Assembly: GCF_964355755.1 (NCBI RefSeq)
Contig: NC_092672.1
Coordinates: 3,100,001-3,164,000, forward strand
DNA from: Antedon mediterranea
Taxonomy: Eukaryota > Animalia > Echinodermata
Direction of reading: 5' to 3'
Length of the DNA: 64,000 nucleotides
The notes under the pieces: model-generated
What the model was told of the DNA's origin: nothing
The model's database searches: none
What the model saw: only the letters and a program-made list of their open reading frames with translations
Position numbers and translations under genes: made by a program
Shown: positions 27,701 through 40,190 of the stretch, in pieces
How positions within the stretch are numbered: the first letter of the stretch is position 1
How the letters are laid out: every line of letters begins with the position of its first letter

Positions 27701-30660
27701 ACCTATAATAGTGTAATCTACATCATGGTATATCTTATAGGCGAGGACCTATAATAGTGTAATCTACATCATGGTATATCTTATAGGCGTGGACCTATAA
27801 TAGTGTAATCTACATCATGGTATGTATATCTTATAGGCGTGGACCTATAATAGTGTAATCTACATCATGGTATATCTTATAGGCGTGGACCTATAATAGT
27901 GTAATCTACATCATGGTATATCTTATAGGCGTGGACCTATAATAGTGTAATCTACAACATGGTATATCTTATAGGCGTGGACCTATAATAGTGTAATCTA
28001 CATCATGGTATATCTTATAGGCGAGGACCTATAATAGTGTAATCTACATCATGGTATATCTTATAGGCGAGGACCTATAATAGTGTAATCTACATCATGG
28101 TATGTATATCTTATAGGCGTAGACCTATAATAGTGTAATCTACATCATGGTATATCTTATAGGCGTGGACCTATAATAGTGTAATCTACATCGTGGTATA
28201 TCTTATAGGCGTGGACCTATAATAGTGTAATCTACATCGTGGTATATCTTATAGGCGTGGACCTATAATAGTGTAATCTACATCATGGTATGTATATCTT
28301 ATAGGCGTGGACCTATAATAGTGTAATCTACAACATGGTATATCGTATAGGCGTGGACCTATAATAGTGTAATCTACATCATGGTATATCTTATAGGCGT
28401 GGACCTATAATAGTGTAATCTACATCGTGGTATATCTTATAGGCGTGGACCTATAATAGTGTAATCTACATCATGGTATATCTTATAGGCGTGGACCTAT
28501 AATAGTGTAATCTACATCATGGTATGTATATCTTATAGGCGTGGACCTATAATAGTGTAATCTACATCATGGTATATCTTATAGGCGTGGACCTATAATA
28601 GTGTAATCTACATCATGGTATGTATATCTTATAGGCGTGGACCTATAATAGTGTAATCTACATCGTGGTATATCTTATAGGCGTGGACCTATAATAGTGT
28701 AATCTACATCATGGTATGTATATCTTATAGGCGTGGACCTATAATAGTGTAATCTACATCATGGTATATCTTATAGGCGTGGACCTATAATAGTGTAATC
28801 TACATCATGGTATGTATATCTTATAGGCGTAGACCTATAATAGTGTAATCTACATCATGGTATATCTTATAGGCGTTGACCTATAATAGTGTAATCTACA
28901 TCATGGTATGTATATCTTATAGGCGTAGACCTATAATAGTGTAATCTACATCATGGTATATCTTATAGGCGTGACCTATAATAGTGTAATCTACATCGTG
29001 GTATATCTTATAGGCGTGGACCTATAATAGTGTAATCTACATCGTGGTATATCTTATAGGCGTGGACCTATAATAGTGTAATCTACATCATGGTATGTAT
29101 ATCTTATAGGCGTGGACCTATAATAGTGTAATCTACATCATGGTATATCTTATAGGCGTGGACCTATAATAGTGTAATCTACATCATGGTATATCTTATA
29201 GGCGAGGACCTATAATAGTGTAATCTACATCATGGTATATCTTATAGGCGTAGACCTATAATAGTGTAATCTACATCATGGTATGTATATCTTATAGGCG
29301 TAGACCTATAATAGTGTAATCTACATCATGGTATATCTTATAGGCGAGGACCTATAATAGTGTAATCTACATCATGGTATATCTTATAGGCGTGGACCAA
29401 TAATAGAGTAATCTACATCATGGTATATCTTATAGGCGAGGACCTATAATAGTGTAATCTACATCATGGTATGTATATCTTATAGGCGTGGACCTATAAT
29501 AGTGTAATCTACATCATGGTATATCTTATAGGTGAGGACCTATAATAGTGTAATCTACATCATGGTATATCTTATAGGCGTAGACCTATAATAGTGTAAT
29601 CTACATCGTGGTATATCTTATAGGCGAGGACCTATAATAGTGTAATCTACATCATGGTATGTATATCTTATAGGCGTGGACCTATAATAGTGTAATCTAC
29701 ATCATGGTATATCTTATAGGCGTGGACCTATAATAGTGTAATCTACATCATGGTATGTATATCTTATAGGCGTGGACCTATAATAGTGTAATCTACATCA
29801 TGGTATATCTTATAGGCGTGGGCCTATAATAGTGTAATCTACATCATTGTATATCTTATAGGCGTGGACCTATAATAGTGTAATCTACATCATAGTATAT
29901 CTTATAGGCGTGGACCTATAATAGTGTAATCTACAGCATGGTATATCTTATAGGCGTGGACCTATAATAGTGTAATCTACATCATGGTATATCTTATAGG
30001 CGTGGACCTATAATAGTGTAATCTACATCATGGTATATCTTATAGGCGTGGGCCTAAGTGTAATCTACATCATGGTATATCTTATAGGCGTGGACCTATA
30101 ATAGTGTAATCTACATCATGGTGTATCTTATAGGCGTGGACCTATAATAGTGTAATCTACATCATGGTATATCTTATAGGCGTGGACCTATAATAGTGTA
30201 ATCTACATCATGGTATATCTTATAGGCGTGGGCCTATTATAGTGTAATCTACATCATGGTATATTTTATAGGCGTGGACCTATAATAGTGTAATCTACAT
30301 CATGGTATATCTTATAGGCGTGGACCTATAATAGTGTAATCTACATCATGGTATATCTTATAGGCGTGGACCTATAATAGTGTAATCTACACCATGGTAT
30401 ATCTTATAGGCGTGGGCCTATAATAGTGTAATTTACATCATGGTATATCTTATAGGCTTGGACCTATAATAGTTTAATCTAAATCATGGTATATCTTATA
30501 GGTGTGGACCTATAATAGTGTAATCTACATCATGGTATATATCTTATAGGCGTGGACCTATAATAGTGTAATCTACATCATGGTATATCTTATAGGCGTG
30601 GACCTATAATAGTGTAATCTACATCATGGTATATCTTATAGGCGTACTAGGCCTATAATA
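24792..30660. repeat. 46-bp satellite array 2 (~127 units, ~5.9 kb)
   Basis: Same unit as 17884-19470, with occasional +4-nt (tatg) and single-base variants. Confidence 0.97.
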
Positions 30661-31532
30661 CCTGAAGTCTATCTTAGAAATTTAACTCTGTTGTTTATGT
30701 TCAGATAACCAATAGCTTTGAGTTGTTCCTGACCAATGTCTGCCCAAGGGGCAATGTGTGCCCAGGGCCAATGTGTGCCCTAGGGGCAATGTTGAAGATA
30801 ACCCCTACAATTTTGTTTTGGATTACCTGGAGTTTATTTGGAAGGAATGAAGTTATACCAGAATACCAGGCTGTTGCAGCATAGTCTAAAATACACTGAA
30901 TTAATGCAGAGCATAAAAGTGTCCTACTTTGCTTGTCCTAACAGCTAGCCAGCTGCCTACAGACATTTCAATCTGGTCGAATTTGCTTTAGTTTCATAAT
31001 ACATGTAACATATTCTTCATTTGAAATACAGTTATCAATTTGTAAACCAAGGTGCTTATGGAATCATGACTAAGGATATTATGATCATTAAAAGTGATTT
31101 TGAAATTCTCAATATTTTTAACTTTTCTTTCAAACAAAATGCACTCCGTTTTTTGTGGGTGCATGGACAAAACTTATTTTGAACTAACCACTTGTAACAT
31201 AATTCCATACCATGACCTAGTTAATGTGAAATATATAATGAATCACGATGAGCCACCAATCGGCAAAAGTTTGCAATCATTATCAATACGACATATCGAT
31301 AATATAACAAATAAAAAGGAGCGGGCCTAAAATAATGCCCTGTGGAACTCCATGAGTACATTGTAATGTTGGGAAAAAGTGTCAATCAATATCAAATAGA
31401 CATCGATAATATAACAAATAAAAAGAAGCGGGCCTAAAATACTGCCCTGTGGAACTCCATGACTACATTGTAGTGTTTGGAAAAAGTGTTAATCAATATC
31501 AATCAATACAAACAATTTGTCTTCTATTTGAA

Positions 31533-31745
31533 AAATAAGATCTAAACCAATCGATCGACCCAATCCCCATTGCGTTTAAATAAGATCTAACCAATCGATC
31601 GACCCAATCAATCCTCATTGCGTTTAAATAAGATCTAAACCAATTGATCGACCCAATCCCCATTGCGTTTAAATAAGATCTAAACCAACCGATCGACCCA
31701 ATCCACATTGCCTCTAAATAAGATCTAAACCAATCGATCCATTGC
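31533..31745. repeat. ~50-bp tandem repeat inside the LINE RT region (WFRSYL motif)
   Basis: aaataagatctaaaccaatcgatcgacccaatccccattgcgttt, 4-5 copies. Confidence 0.85.
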
Positions 31746-31842
31746 CTATAATTTCTTACAAATGATAAAGTGGTCAACAGTATCAAACGCCTTCTGCAGG
31801 TCAAGCATGACCATGCCTACAAAAGTACCTTTTGAAATGTGA

Positions 31843-32466
31843 CTTCTAAGACAATCATTTAGGTGAATGAGGACTGAGTCGATAGAGAAGCCTCTTCTAA
31901 GACAATCATTTAGGTGACTGAGGACTGAGTCGATAGAAAAGCCTATTCTAAGACAATCATTTAGGTGAATGAGGACTGAGTCGATAGAGAAGCCTCTTCT
32001 AAGACAATCATTTAGGTGAATGAGAACTGAGTCGGTAGAGAAGCCTCTTCTAAGACAATCATTTAGGTGAATGAGGACTGAGTCGGTAGAGAAGCCTCTT
32101 CTAAGACAATCATTTAGGCGAATGAGGAATGAGTCGGTAGAGAAACCTCTTCTCTAAAACAATCATTTAGGTGAATGAGGATTGAGTCGATAGAGAAGCC
32201 TCTTCTAAGACAATCATTTAGGAGAATGAGGACTGAGTCGGAGAGAAGTATCTTATAAGACAATCATTTAGGTGAATGAGGAATGAGTCGGTAGAGAAGT
32301 CTCTTCTAAGACAATATATCATTTAGGTGAAAGAGGACCGAGTCGGTAGAGAAGCCTCTTATAATACAGTCATTTAGGTGAATGAAGAATGAGTCGGTAG
32401 AGAAGCCTCTTCTAAGACAATCATTTAGGTGAATGATGACTGAGTCGGTAGAGAAGCCTCTTCTAA
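31843..32466. repeat. 51-bp tandem repeat, ~12 copies, inside the LINE RT region (RRGFSTDSVLIHLNDCL)
   Basis: Unit cttctaagacaatcatttaggtgaatgaggactgagtcgatagagaagcct. Confidence 0.92.
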
Positions 32467-33224
32467 AACCACTTTGAAAAGTATACAATAAATTATATTC
32501 AGACAAGTACTTTTCACGTTGTTTATAAAATACTTTTCCAACATTTTAGATACGGTACTTAAAATACTAATTGGTCTGTAATTCCTTACATTATCTTTGG
32601 GATCTTTTTATGGAGAGGCAACACCTTAGCTAATTTCATATCACCAGGAACAGAATTCTTAATTATAGATTTGTTAATAATAAACGTTAATGGCTTTTTA
32701 AGAATCTGGCTGCGATTTTATCAAAATGTTTTCTTCGGTAACTTTAGGTAAAACTAATTTGTTCGGAAACACATTTCTAGAGTAATTGTAAAATGATTAA
32801 ATACATTTAGAGTCAGTATATGAATTATTGCACAATGTGAGTTCAGATAGCAGATCAGAAGCAATATTTCAAAAATAGTTATTAAAATGATTAGATATAT
32901 AGTACAAATATTAAAACATTTATTGCCGTCTATATTTATACACAAATGTGAATTCTCATTTCTTTTAGTATTTAAACCAATTCCCTTTTGGTGTTTCCAT
33001 AACATTCATTTTGCAGTTTTTAAATATTATTTAAAAAGATTTTAGCTGGTTATTTTCTAAAAATACTTTCTATGGAATTTTGAATGGAATATTTATAGAC
33101 GTCGTACGACGACGATATAATCGTGTACATTGTGTTTCAACAGAAAGATAGTTGGACCGTGGAAAAGTTTTTGTGACGTTCGGACAAAGTCAATATAGCA
33201 TACATATACGTGGATTATGAATAA

Positions 33225-33505
33225 TAATTATACAGTAGTTGACGTCAAAGGGAGTGCCGCAGTTGATGCTACAAATCGTCACATTCAACTGTATCGGTAT
33301 ACTTGATAGTCCAGATACGAGATCCAGTTACAGTCCAGTCTTAAACCAATTTGTAAGTTTACACTAATTACACAGTAGTTGACGTCAAAGGGAGTGCCGC
33401 AGTTGATGCTACAAATCGTCACATTTTACTGTATCGGTATATTATTGATAGTCAAGATACGAGATCCAGTTACAGTCCAGTCTTAAGCCAATTTGTAAGT
33501 TTACA
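33225..33505. repeat. ~140-bp tandem duplication, 2 copies
   Basis: acagtagttgacgtcaaagggagtgccgcag...gtaagtttaca occurs twice. Confidence 0.85.
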
Positions 33506-33804
33506 ATATTTCATTAATATAGTTCGGAACAATAATATGAGAATATAAGGCATAGTTCTGATGGTTATGCTTCCATGGTTATTTGAAGTAGAGTGTGGGT
33601 TGTGGTAATGCCTTGTTAATATCACTGAACGTACTATTCTGTGTGCCACACACTAATCGTCAACAAACAGCGAGTTTCTCTGAGTAACAGAAGAATGCCA
33701 TCACAACAAACAAAATATATCATATTATAAGACAATTATAATACTTATGTATGTTTTTTATATTTAAGTACGGTCCTATACAAGGCTAACATTCAATCTC
33801 ATTT

Positions 33805-33990
33805 TTCGGGTGATTGCCGAACCGGATCATAATCCTCGGGTGATTGCCGAACCTGATCATAATCCTCGGGTAATTGCCGAACCTGATCATTATTCTCGGG
33901 TGATTGTCGAACCTGATCATAATCCTCGGCTGGCTGATTGCTGAACCTGATCATAATCCGCGGCTGATTACCGAACCTGATCATAATCAT
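33805..33990. repeat. 30-bp minisatellite, ~6 copies
   Basis: Unit gggtgattgccgaacctgatcataatcctc. Confidence 0.88.
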
Positions 33991-34242
33991 AAATGTAGCG
34001 GGTGTTCACTCCTCTTGCGTTCTGCGCAATACTAACACCGCCGACTACAATAATAATAAATTTGTATTGCAACTTAAGGAAACATTACAACAGTTGGTAC
34101 TTAAGTGAAAAGGCTGAGGTTACTCCAGTTTGTCACTGATTACCAAACCTATCTAATATAATCCAAGTACGCGTGCGAAACATAAGGAACATTATAAATT
34201 ACCCGGATGCTCGTCACTAAATTGACTTTGAACAAACTGCAC

Positions 34243-34292
34243 ACGATCGTTTCATACCAAGTAAAGTTCAATACTTGGTATGAAACGATCGT
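34243..34292. other. Perfect 21-bp inverted repeat with an 8-nt loop
   Basis: acgatcgtttcataccaagta-aagttcaa-tacttggtatgaaacgatcgt, flanked by cac on both sides. Confidence 0.85.
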
Positions 34293-35779
34293 CACTTCTA
34301 TAAGTTTGACATATTTCACCAACCCTATTGATTTAATCTAACAGACTCATACAGAGGTAAATATGTTTCAAGATAAACCTAAATTTATCCAAATTTTCCC
34401 CTTAAGGGTCTTTTTGTTAAAAGGAAACATTACTACTAACTTAGCAGGTATCATTCAGGAAAGTCATTGTTAATTGAAAATTTTTTTCTAGACAAATCGT
34501 GCAAATAAAATATGCTAAAAATGTTTTTTTTTAGTCGACAGAAAAGATACGGGACGCTGTTTGATGACATTGATAAATAATTGTGCAAACACATATGGTT
34601 TAGATTTGTTTCAACTCCTCTATAATGTGGCGCGTAGATTTGTAAAAACTAGGGCTTCAAAAAAGAATTTGGCCAATGGTGACATCCATAATGGCTTCTG
34701 ATTCTGAATTAACGAGCAATAATAACCTTATAATACTGTATGTTTCGATGAAATGGTTAAACTTTTTTTTTAATTCTCTTTTTCAACTAAAGTACGTGGA
34801 AAAAATTACTATTCTATAAAAAATGTCTACAAACGAAAATACGAATCAATATAAAATATTTATGACCGTGTTCACATTTTTTCGCCGCACTTTATGGAAT
34901 GAAAGGAAAGAAATTAAATTGTGATTCCTGATGTGTGCATTTAATTGTGTTTGTTTTTTAGATACCTTGATATAATTAATGCCTATAATACTGTACATAA
35001 GCGAGCATAGCGTAATAGTTGTAATCAATCAAAACCACCTATTTTTTTATTTATTGTGTTTTCACTCTTGAATATTATTTTGATTCCTACTTCTTATAAT
35101 ATTATGTTTTATGTATTTTATATTTGATTTTTTTCTTTGTGCCACTAATTTTAAAAGGTGATATCCAATGAATTAAACAAATTTATATAACACCTACACA
35201 CATTCATGTCATTTGATTGGACGATTGTATCACATGGCGTGAAATAGTACGTACTATTTAACGATCGTGAAAAGGTACTTTTTTTTTATTTTTCGCGTAT
35301 ATCCAATACAGCACCGTCTGTTCTGTGACGCGCACCACGCGATCGCTCCTTCACAACGAGATCAGAACAATGACAGTGGCAATGACAAGAATCTATTTCG
35401 ATGTTCTATAACAAATACGGTAATGAATGTTTTTATATTCGTTCTATTTCATATTTAAAACTCAAGACGATGCTGCTAGGTATATGGTAAATAACGTACG
35501 CCTATGAAAAACAAATGTACTGGTATAATGAACTGTGTGAAATCAATGACTTTTGACATTTTTGGTCCAACTGAATAAAACATAAAATGAGAGCATTATT
35601 TCTATATACAATCAAATAATGGTCTATTATGCTTATTAATAATATTCTGAAAATGTGTACAATTCAAAAAGTATTTTTAAAAACGGTAGAAAAAAAACAT
35701 TTCTATCGAAGTTGCTAAAATCAGTAAAAAAGTAAAATTTGACAAAATTAAATTTATTATTATTCTTTACAGATTCAAA

Positions 35780-36290
35780 ATGGATGAAAATGATGTAGAA
35801 TTCCAAACATTTCTGAGAAAACTTAGTGAATACTATGCTGGTGTAAACCTGCGATGGCTGAGAATGCTTCTATTTGATAATATACCAATTGGACCTCTTG
35901 GTGCAAAATCAGCCCTAGATTTATTTAATCAACTGACTGAACGTGGATTGATTTCCAAAACTGATGTGAAGCTGTTGTCGGACATTGCTGAAGTAACCAT
36001 GATGGCCTTAGCAACAAAACACATAAACAAATATAAGAACACTATCCAAAGTAGCGATACAGCAGGTGTAGGATTAACAGCATATCGCAGAGCAATGTTT
36101 AATGTGCTAACTAACACTGACGAAGACGATTTGATGACGGTTATTGGTTTCTACAAACTGAGTGCCTACAACTATAACAATATATGGGATGTTGTATATC
36201 ACATTGAGAAAGCCGGACGCTTGAATTCACAAGACGACCGTGACACTTTTGCAAAGCTTATAAACCAACATGCACAAAGTTTCCTAAAAG
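35780..36290 (+). CDS. NLR copy 2, first coding exon: tandem death effector domains (DED-DED, 170 aa)
   Basis: Acceptor tctttacag| at 35772, ATG at 35780, donor AAG|gtagat (phase 1). DED-like patterns FQTFLRKLSE...LRMLLFD.IP...SALDLFNQLTERGLISKTDVKLL and LTAYRRAMFNVL...DDL...IWDVVYHIEKAGRL. Confidence 0.8.
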
Positions 36291-36657
36291 GTAGATTGCC
36301 ACATTATTTGCATAATACACTTACTTGAGATCATTTAAATAGAACCTAATTAATTACGTAATTTTGAAATGTGCATTTAACGAATATTATTATAAAACGA
36401 ATCTCGGTTGGGCCAACTTTTTCTCATTTTCACAGATTTACTCATCTTTATCGTTTCAAAATGAATTAATAATAATATAAAGCAAAGTAACACCCATGTT
36501 AAGTCCGAATAAAGGTGCATGTTATGAACATAAATATTTCTGTTATATTTGAATGAAACATAATTTATGTTGAATTAATGCTCCCAATAATTGAATTATT
36601 AAGATGTATTAAACATTCATTGTAAATTCAGTTTTTTTACTTTCATTTATTAAACAG

Positions 36658-36720
36658 TGGAAGTGGCGACCAGTAATAATGAAGAACAAGGAATGCCAAA
36701 AGAAGTTAAATCAGAAACAG
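36658..36720 (+). CDS. NLR linker micro-exon 1 (63 nt, phase 1-1)
   Basis: cag|TG GAA GTG...TCA GAA ACA G|gttagt, encoding VEVATSNNEEQGMPKEVKSET. Confidence 0.8.
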
Positions 36721-36833
36721 GTTAGTTACTAATAATGTACCGTATAATTTTGCTCTCAATTTGGTAGTTTTTTAGGTAGAATAATAAGTATTGTTTTTTA
36801 ATTTTTTTTCCTATTATTTGATTATTAAAATAG

Positions 36834-36896
36834 GCCAAGTGGCGACTAGTAGTAATGAAGAACAAGGAATACGAAAAGGATTTAAATCAGAAACAG
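36834..36896 (+). CDS. NLR linker micro-exon 2 (63 nt, phase 1-1)
   Basis: tag|GC CAA GTG...ACA G|gttagt, encoding GQVATSSNEEQGIRKGFKSET. Confidence 0.8.
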
Positions 36897-37010
36897 GTTA
36901 GTTACTAATAATCTACCGTATAATTTTGTTCTCAATCGGTAGTTTTTTAGGTAGAATAATAATAATAATAATTGTTTTTTTTTTTTCCTATTATTTGATT
37001 ATTAAAATAG

Positions 37011-37073
37011 GTCAAGTGGCGACCAGTAATAATGAAGAACAAGGAATGCGAAAAGGAGTTAAATCAGAAACAG
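37011..37073 (+). CDS. NLR linker micro-exon 3 (63 nt, phase 1-1)
   Basis: tag|GT CAA GTG...ACA G|gttagt, encoding GQVATSNNEEQGMRKGVKSET. Confidence 0.8.
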
Positions 37074-37180
37074 GTTAGTTACTAATAATCTACCGTATAA
37101 TTTTGCTCTCAATCGGTTTAGGTAGAATAAATATTTCTATTTTTTTTCTTCTTATTATTATTATTCTATTATTAAAACAG

Positions 37181-37243
37181 GGCAAGTGGCAACCAATAGT
37201 AATGAAAAACAAACAACGAGAAAAGAGGGTAAATCAGAAACAG
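37181..37243 (+). CDS. NLR linker micro-exon 4 (63 nt, phase 1-1)
   Basis: cag|GG CAA GTG...ACA G|gtttgt, encoding GQVATNSNEKQTTRKEGKSET. Confidence 0.8.
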
Positions 37244-37655
37244 GTTTGTTGCTTTCAGAATAATATTTAAACAAAATCCTTTTTGATGTTTAATTCCAAT
37301 CCTGATCACAATGTAGAACGATATAATAATTAGGAAGCTTCATTGTTTTAAAAAACGAAATGTTGTTAACATCATAAATAAGTAAGACTCATATTACACA
37401 TATTATTATTCTTTGAGATCCAATAAGCTTAATTCTAATCCGCATTACAAAGTTTGTTTACTGAATACAATTAAAAATAGGTCTACTTAAAAGTAAGATT
37501 TTCAGAGTAAATATTTATGTTTTATTAGTATTTTAATACACTAAAACTCCAAACGGTACGGCTCTCTGAAAATTGTTATTTTTCTGTGTGCTGCCCTCTG
37601 TTGAGCATATTTCGACAGCGCCTGATGGGATTAAAAATTGTATTTGCCGCCCTCT

Positions 37656-38220
37656 ATTCAGATTCAGATTCAGATAACATTTATTCAGATAATAATGAAT
37701 GAACATATAGAATAGAAAAAAGACGGTAACTGAAAGTCATTATTATCATGGATCCCTTCTAGAAGTTCAAACTTGTCTCGCAGGAACCGACAAACAAAAC
37801 ATTACTACAGTAAAAGAGTACAAATAAACCTAGTATAGAGTATATAATTACATAGTTGAGGATAAAAAAAATTACAGTATAGGCTAATAACATAACTAAC
37901 ATCTTCTTTATCAAAATTATTTAAAATTATATTTTTATATTTTCTTGGATGAAATAAGTACCGACATTGGTAAATGAAAAATATAATAATCACATATGCA
38001 TTTACATACATATACATATATATGGTTACGATGATTGGATGGAGTAAGTATATAGATTAATGATTGCAATAATAAACAACAACTAATATTTATGTGTAAA
38101 CTTAAATAGTATATTGAGTATAAATATTGATAATAAGCATATTAACTAAGCTGTATAATATTTAGATATGTAATGATTCTTTAATTTTTTTCGGAAAGTA
38201 AATAAAGATATTGACGCCTA
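37656..38220 (-). mobile_element. Possible LINE 3'-end fragment with a (CTGAAT)n tail in the NLR intron
   Basis: attcagattcagattcag short tandem tail next to tttatt (AATAAA on -). It interrupts homology with copy-1 intron sequence near 290. Confidence 0.35.
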
Positions 38221-38465
38221 TACTTCAATCAATGGAAAAACGAAGTTTCTGTAACAATAAAACATTCTTATGCATTAACAACAATCATGATATTATCTAA
38301 GCCCTGAAAAACATAAATAAATAGTTAACATGATTACATTCATATTAATTTGGTAATACTGCCTAATGGATCAATTGATAATCGGCAATGTAATAATATT
38401 AATAATGTTTTCAACAAAAAAAATGTATTCAGAAAAGATAGAATTAGTTATTTTTCCTTAAACAG

Positions 38466-38550
38466 AGGAGGAAGTGTCGACGACTCTTAAAGAAGAACAA
38501 GGAAAGCGAAAAGAATATAATGACTCCGCCTCACGAAACAGAAAATCTTG
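38466..38550 (+). CDS. Divergent linker exon 5 (85 nt, not a multiple of 3)
   Basis: ttttccttaaacag|AG GAG GAA GTG TCG ACG...EEQGKRKE is homologous to the micro-exons. Donor TG|gtttgt. Confidence 0.55.
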
Positions 38551-39489
38551 GTTTGTTATCACTCTCGAAAGATTGGGCTTGAAAAAAATCAGATTCAATT
38601 GAGTTACTTCAGTTATGTATGCATAACATTAATAATATGGTATTTAAAAATTAATAATTGCACAAAAAAAAAGATTTCCTATTTAGAAAGTATATATTAA
38701 GTAAAACTTAGTTTGATGGGTTTAGATAGATATATAATTTATGTTTGAAATAATGTTTATCAAATGAAATCACATCGTCTTACTTTAATTTTGCTCATTT
38801 AATCATAATTAATTTGAAAATAAAATATCTTCATAAAAAAATTCATGAAATTCAGAAATAGTAATTCATCGTACTCTTTCATGCTGGTAAAATCATCTTA
38901 ACTCAAATAACATTGAGGCACGTCAGTTTAAAAATTCGTTCTGATTAATGATAGATTCTGTTTGCCGCCCTCTATAATACCTTTTATTTTTATGGATACA
39001 TGGCCTACTGTATAAATGCACAATTATAAATAAACAAATATAATATACTTTGAAGCTAATAACTTATATATTAAAAAATAACAATAATAACCATGTTAAC
39101 ACCATATGTCATGTATTCTTTAACTCTTTTCACGAAATAACAAAGAATAGAATACGTAATATCAATATTATTGCAAACTTGTGTTTCAAACAGCAGCTCC
39201 ACGGAAATTAATTTAGGATAAATGGCAAGGTTTTAAATTAAATTAATTCGTACACGTGCAATATTTCATTTTAAATAAAGCAAATGAAATATTTTCAATT
39301 TTAACTTTCATATTAAAAAATGTGAAGACTATAATTTTTTGGTGCAATTTCTATTATTTCTGTTTATTTGAAAACATTTTCATTTTTTATAGTACAATTA
39401 AATTTTTATTTCACCTACAAAAAAAAGGAATTAACACACATGCGTGCTACAGACGGTAATGTCGTAAACCGTTAATGTATAACCTCCAG

Positions 39490-40190
39490 CTAACTAATGT
39501 AGAATGGTCATTGTGTAGTAACGAATTGCCTCACAGCTAATGTAGTACTTTACTAGTATCGCTAACTAATGTAGAATGGTCATTATGTAGTAACGAATTG
39601 CCTCACAGCTAATGTAGTACTTTACTATCGCTAACTAATGTAGAATGGTCATTATGTAGTAACGAATTGCCTCACAGCTAATGTAGTACTTTACTATCGC
39701 TAACTAATGTAGAATGGTCATTGTGTAGTAACGAATTGCCTCACAGCTAATGTAGTACTTTACTATCGCTAACTAATGTAGAATGGTCATTATGTAGTAA
39801 CGAATTGCCTCACAGCTAATGTAGTACTTTACTATCGCTAACTAATGTAGAATGGTCATTATGTAGTAACGAATTGCCTCACAGCTAATGTAGTACTTTA
39901 CTATCGCTAACTAATGTAGAATGGTCATTATGTAGTAACGAATTGCCTCACAGCTAATGTAGTACTTTACTATCGCTAACTAATGTAGAATGGTCATTAT
40001 GTAGTAACGAATTGCCTCACAGCTAATGTAGTACTTTACTATCGCTAACTAATGTAGAATGGTCATTGTGTAGTAACGAATTGCCTCACAGCTAATGTAG
40101 TACTTTACTATCGCTAACTAATGTAGAATGGTCATTGTGTAGTAACGAATTGCCTCACAGCTAATGTAGTAGGCCTACTTTACTATCGCT
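39490..40190. repeat. 69-bp minisatellite, ~10 copies, in the NLR intron
   Basis: Unit tatcgctaactaatgtagaatggtcattatgtagtaacgaattgcctcacagctaatgtagtactttac. Confidence 0.95.

Larger units (their letters stand above)
24600..33050 (-). mobile_element. Decayed 5'-truncated LINE ORF2 (CR1/L2/Crack group), interrupted by internal tandem expansions
   Basis: Motifs in order on -: YRPISILS (~32570), FQSGFRRGFSTDS (~32470), DLQKAFDTVDH (~31790), [13 protein letters not shown] (~31440 and ~31340), LIQCILDYAATAWY (~30880), HIGQEQL (~30730), IKDWNNLPSNIK (~24760). The 3' end is also duplicated at ~17690-17885. Confidence 0.8.

Noticed and set aside
24792-30660. CRISPR-like array
   Set aside because: Head-to-tail 46-bp units with no unique spacers, no cas genes, and a eukaryotic context.
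33799-33990. EDYDQVRQSP repeat peptide
   Set aside because: A short translation of a 30-bp minisatellite with a frameshift and no splice or gene context.
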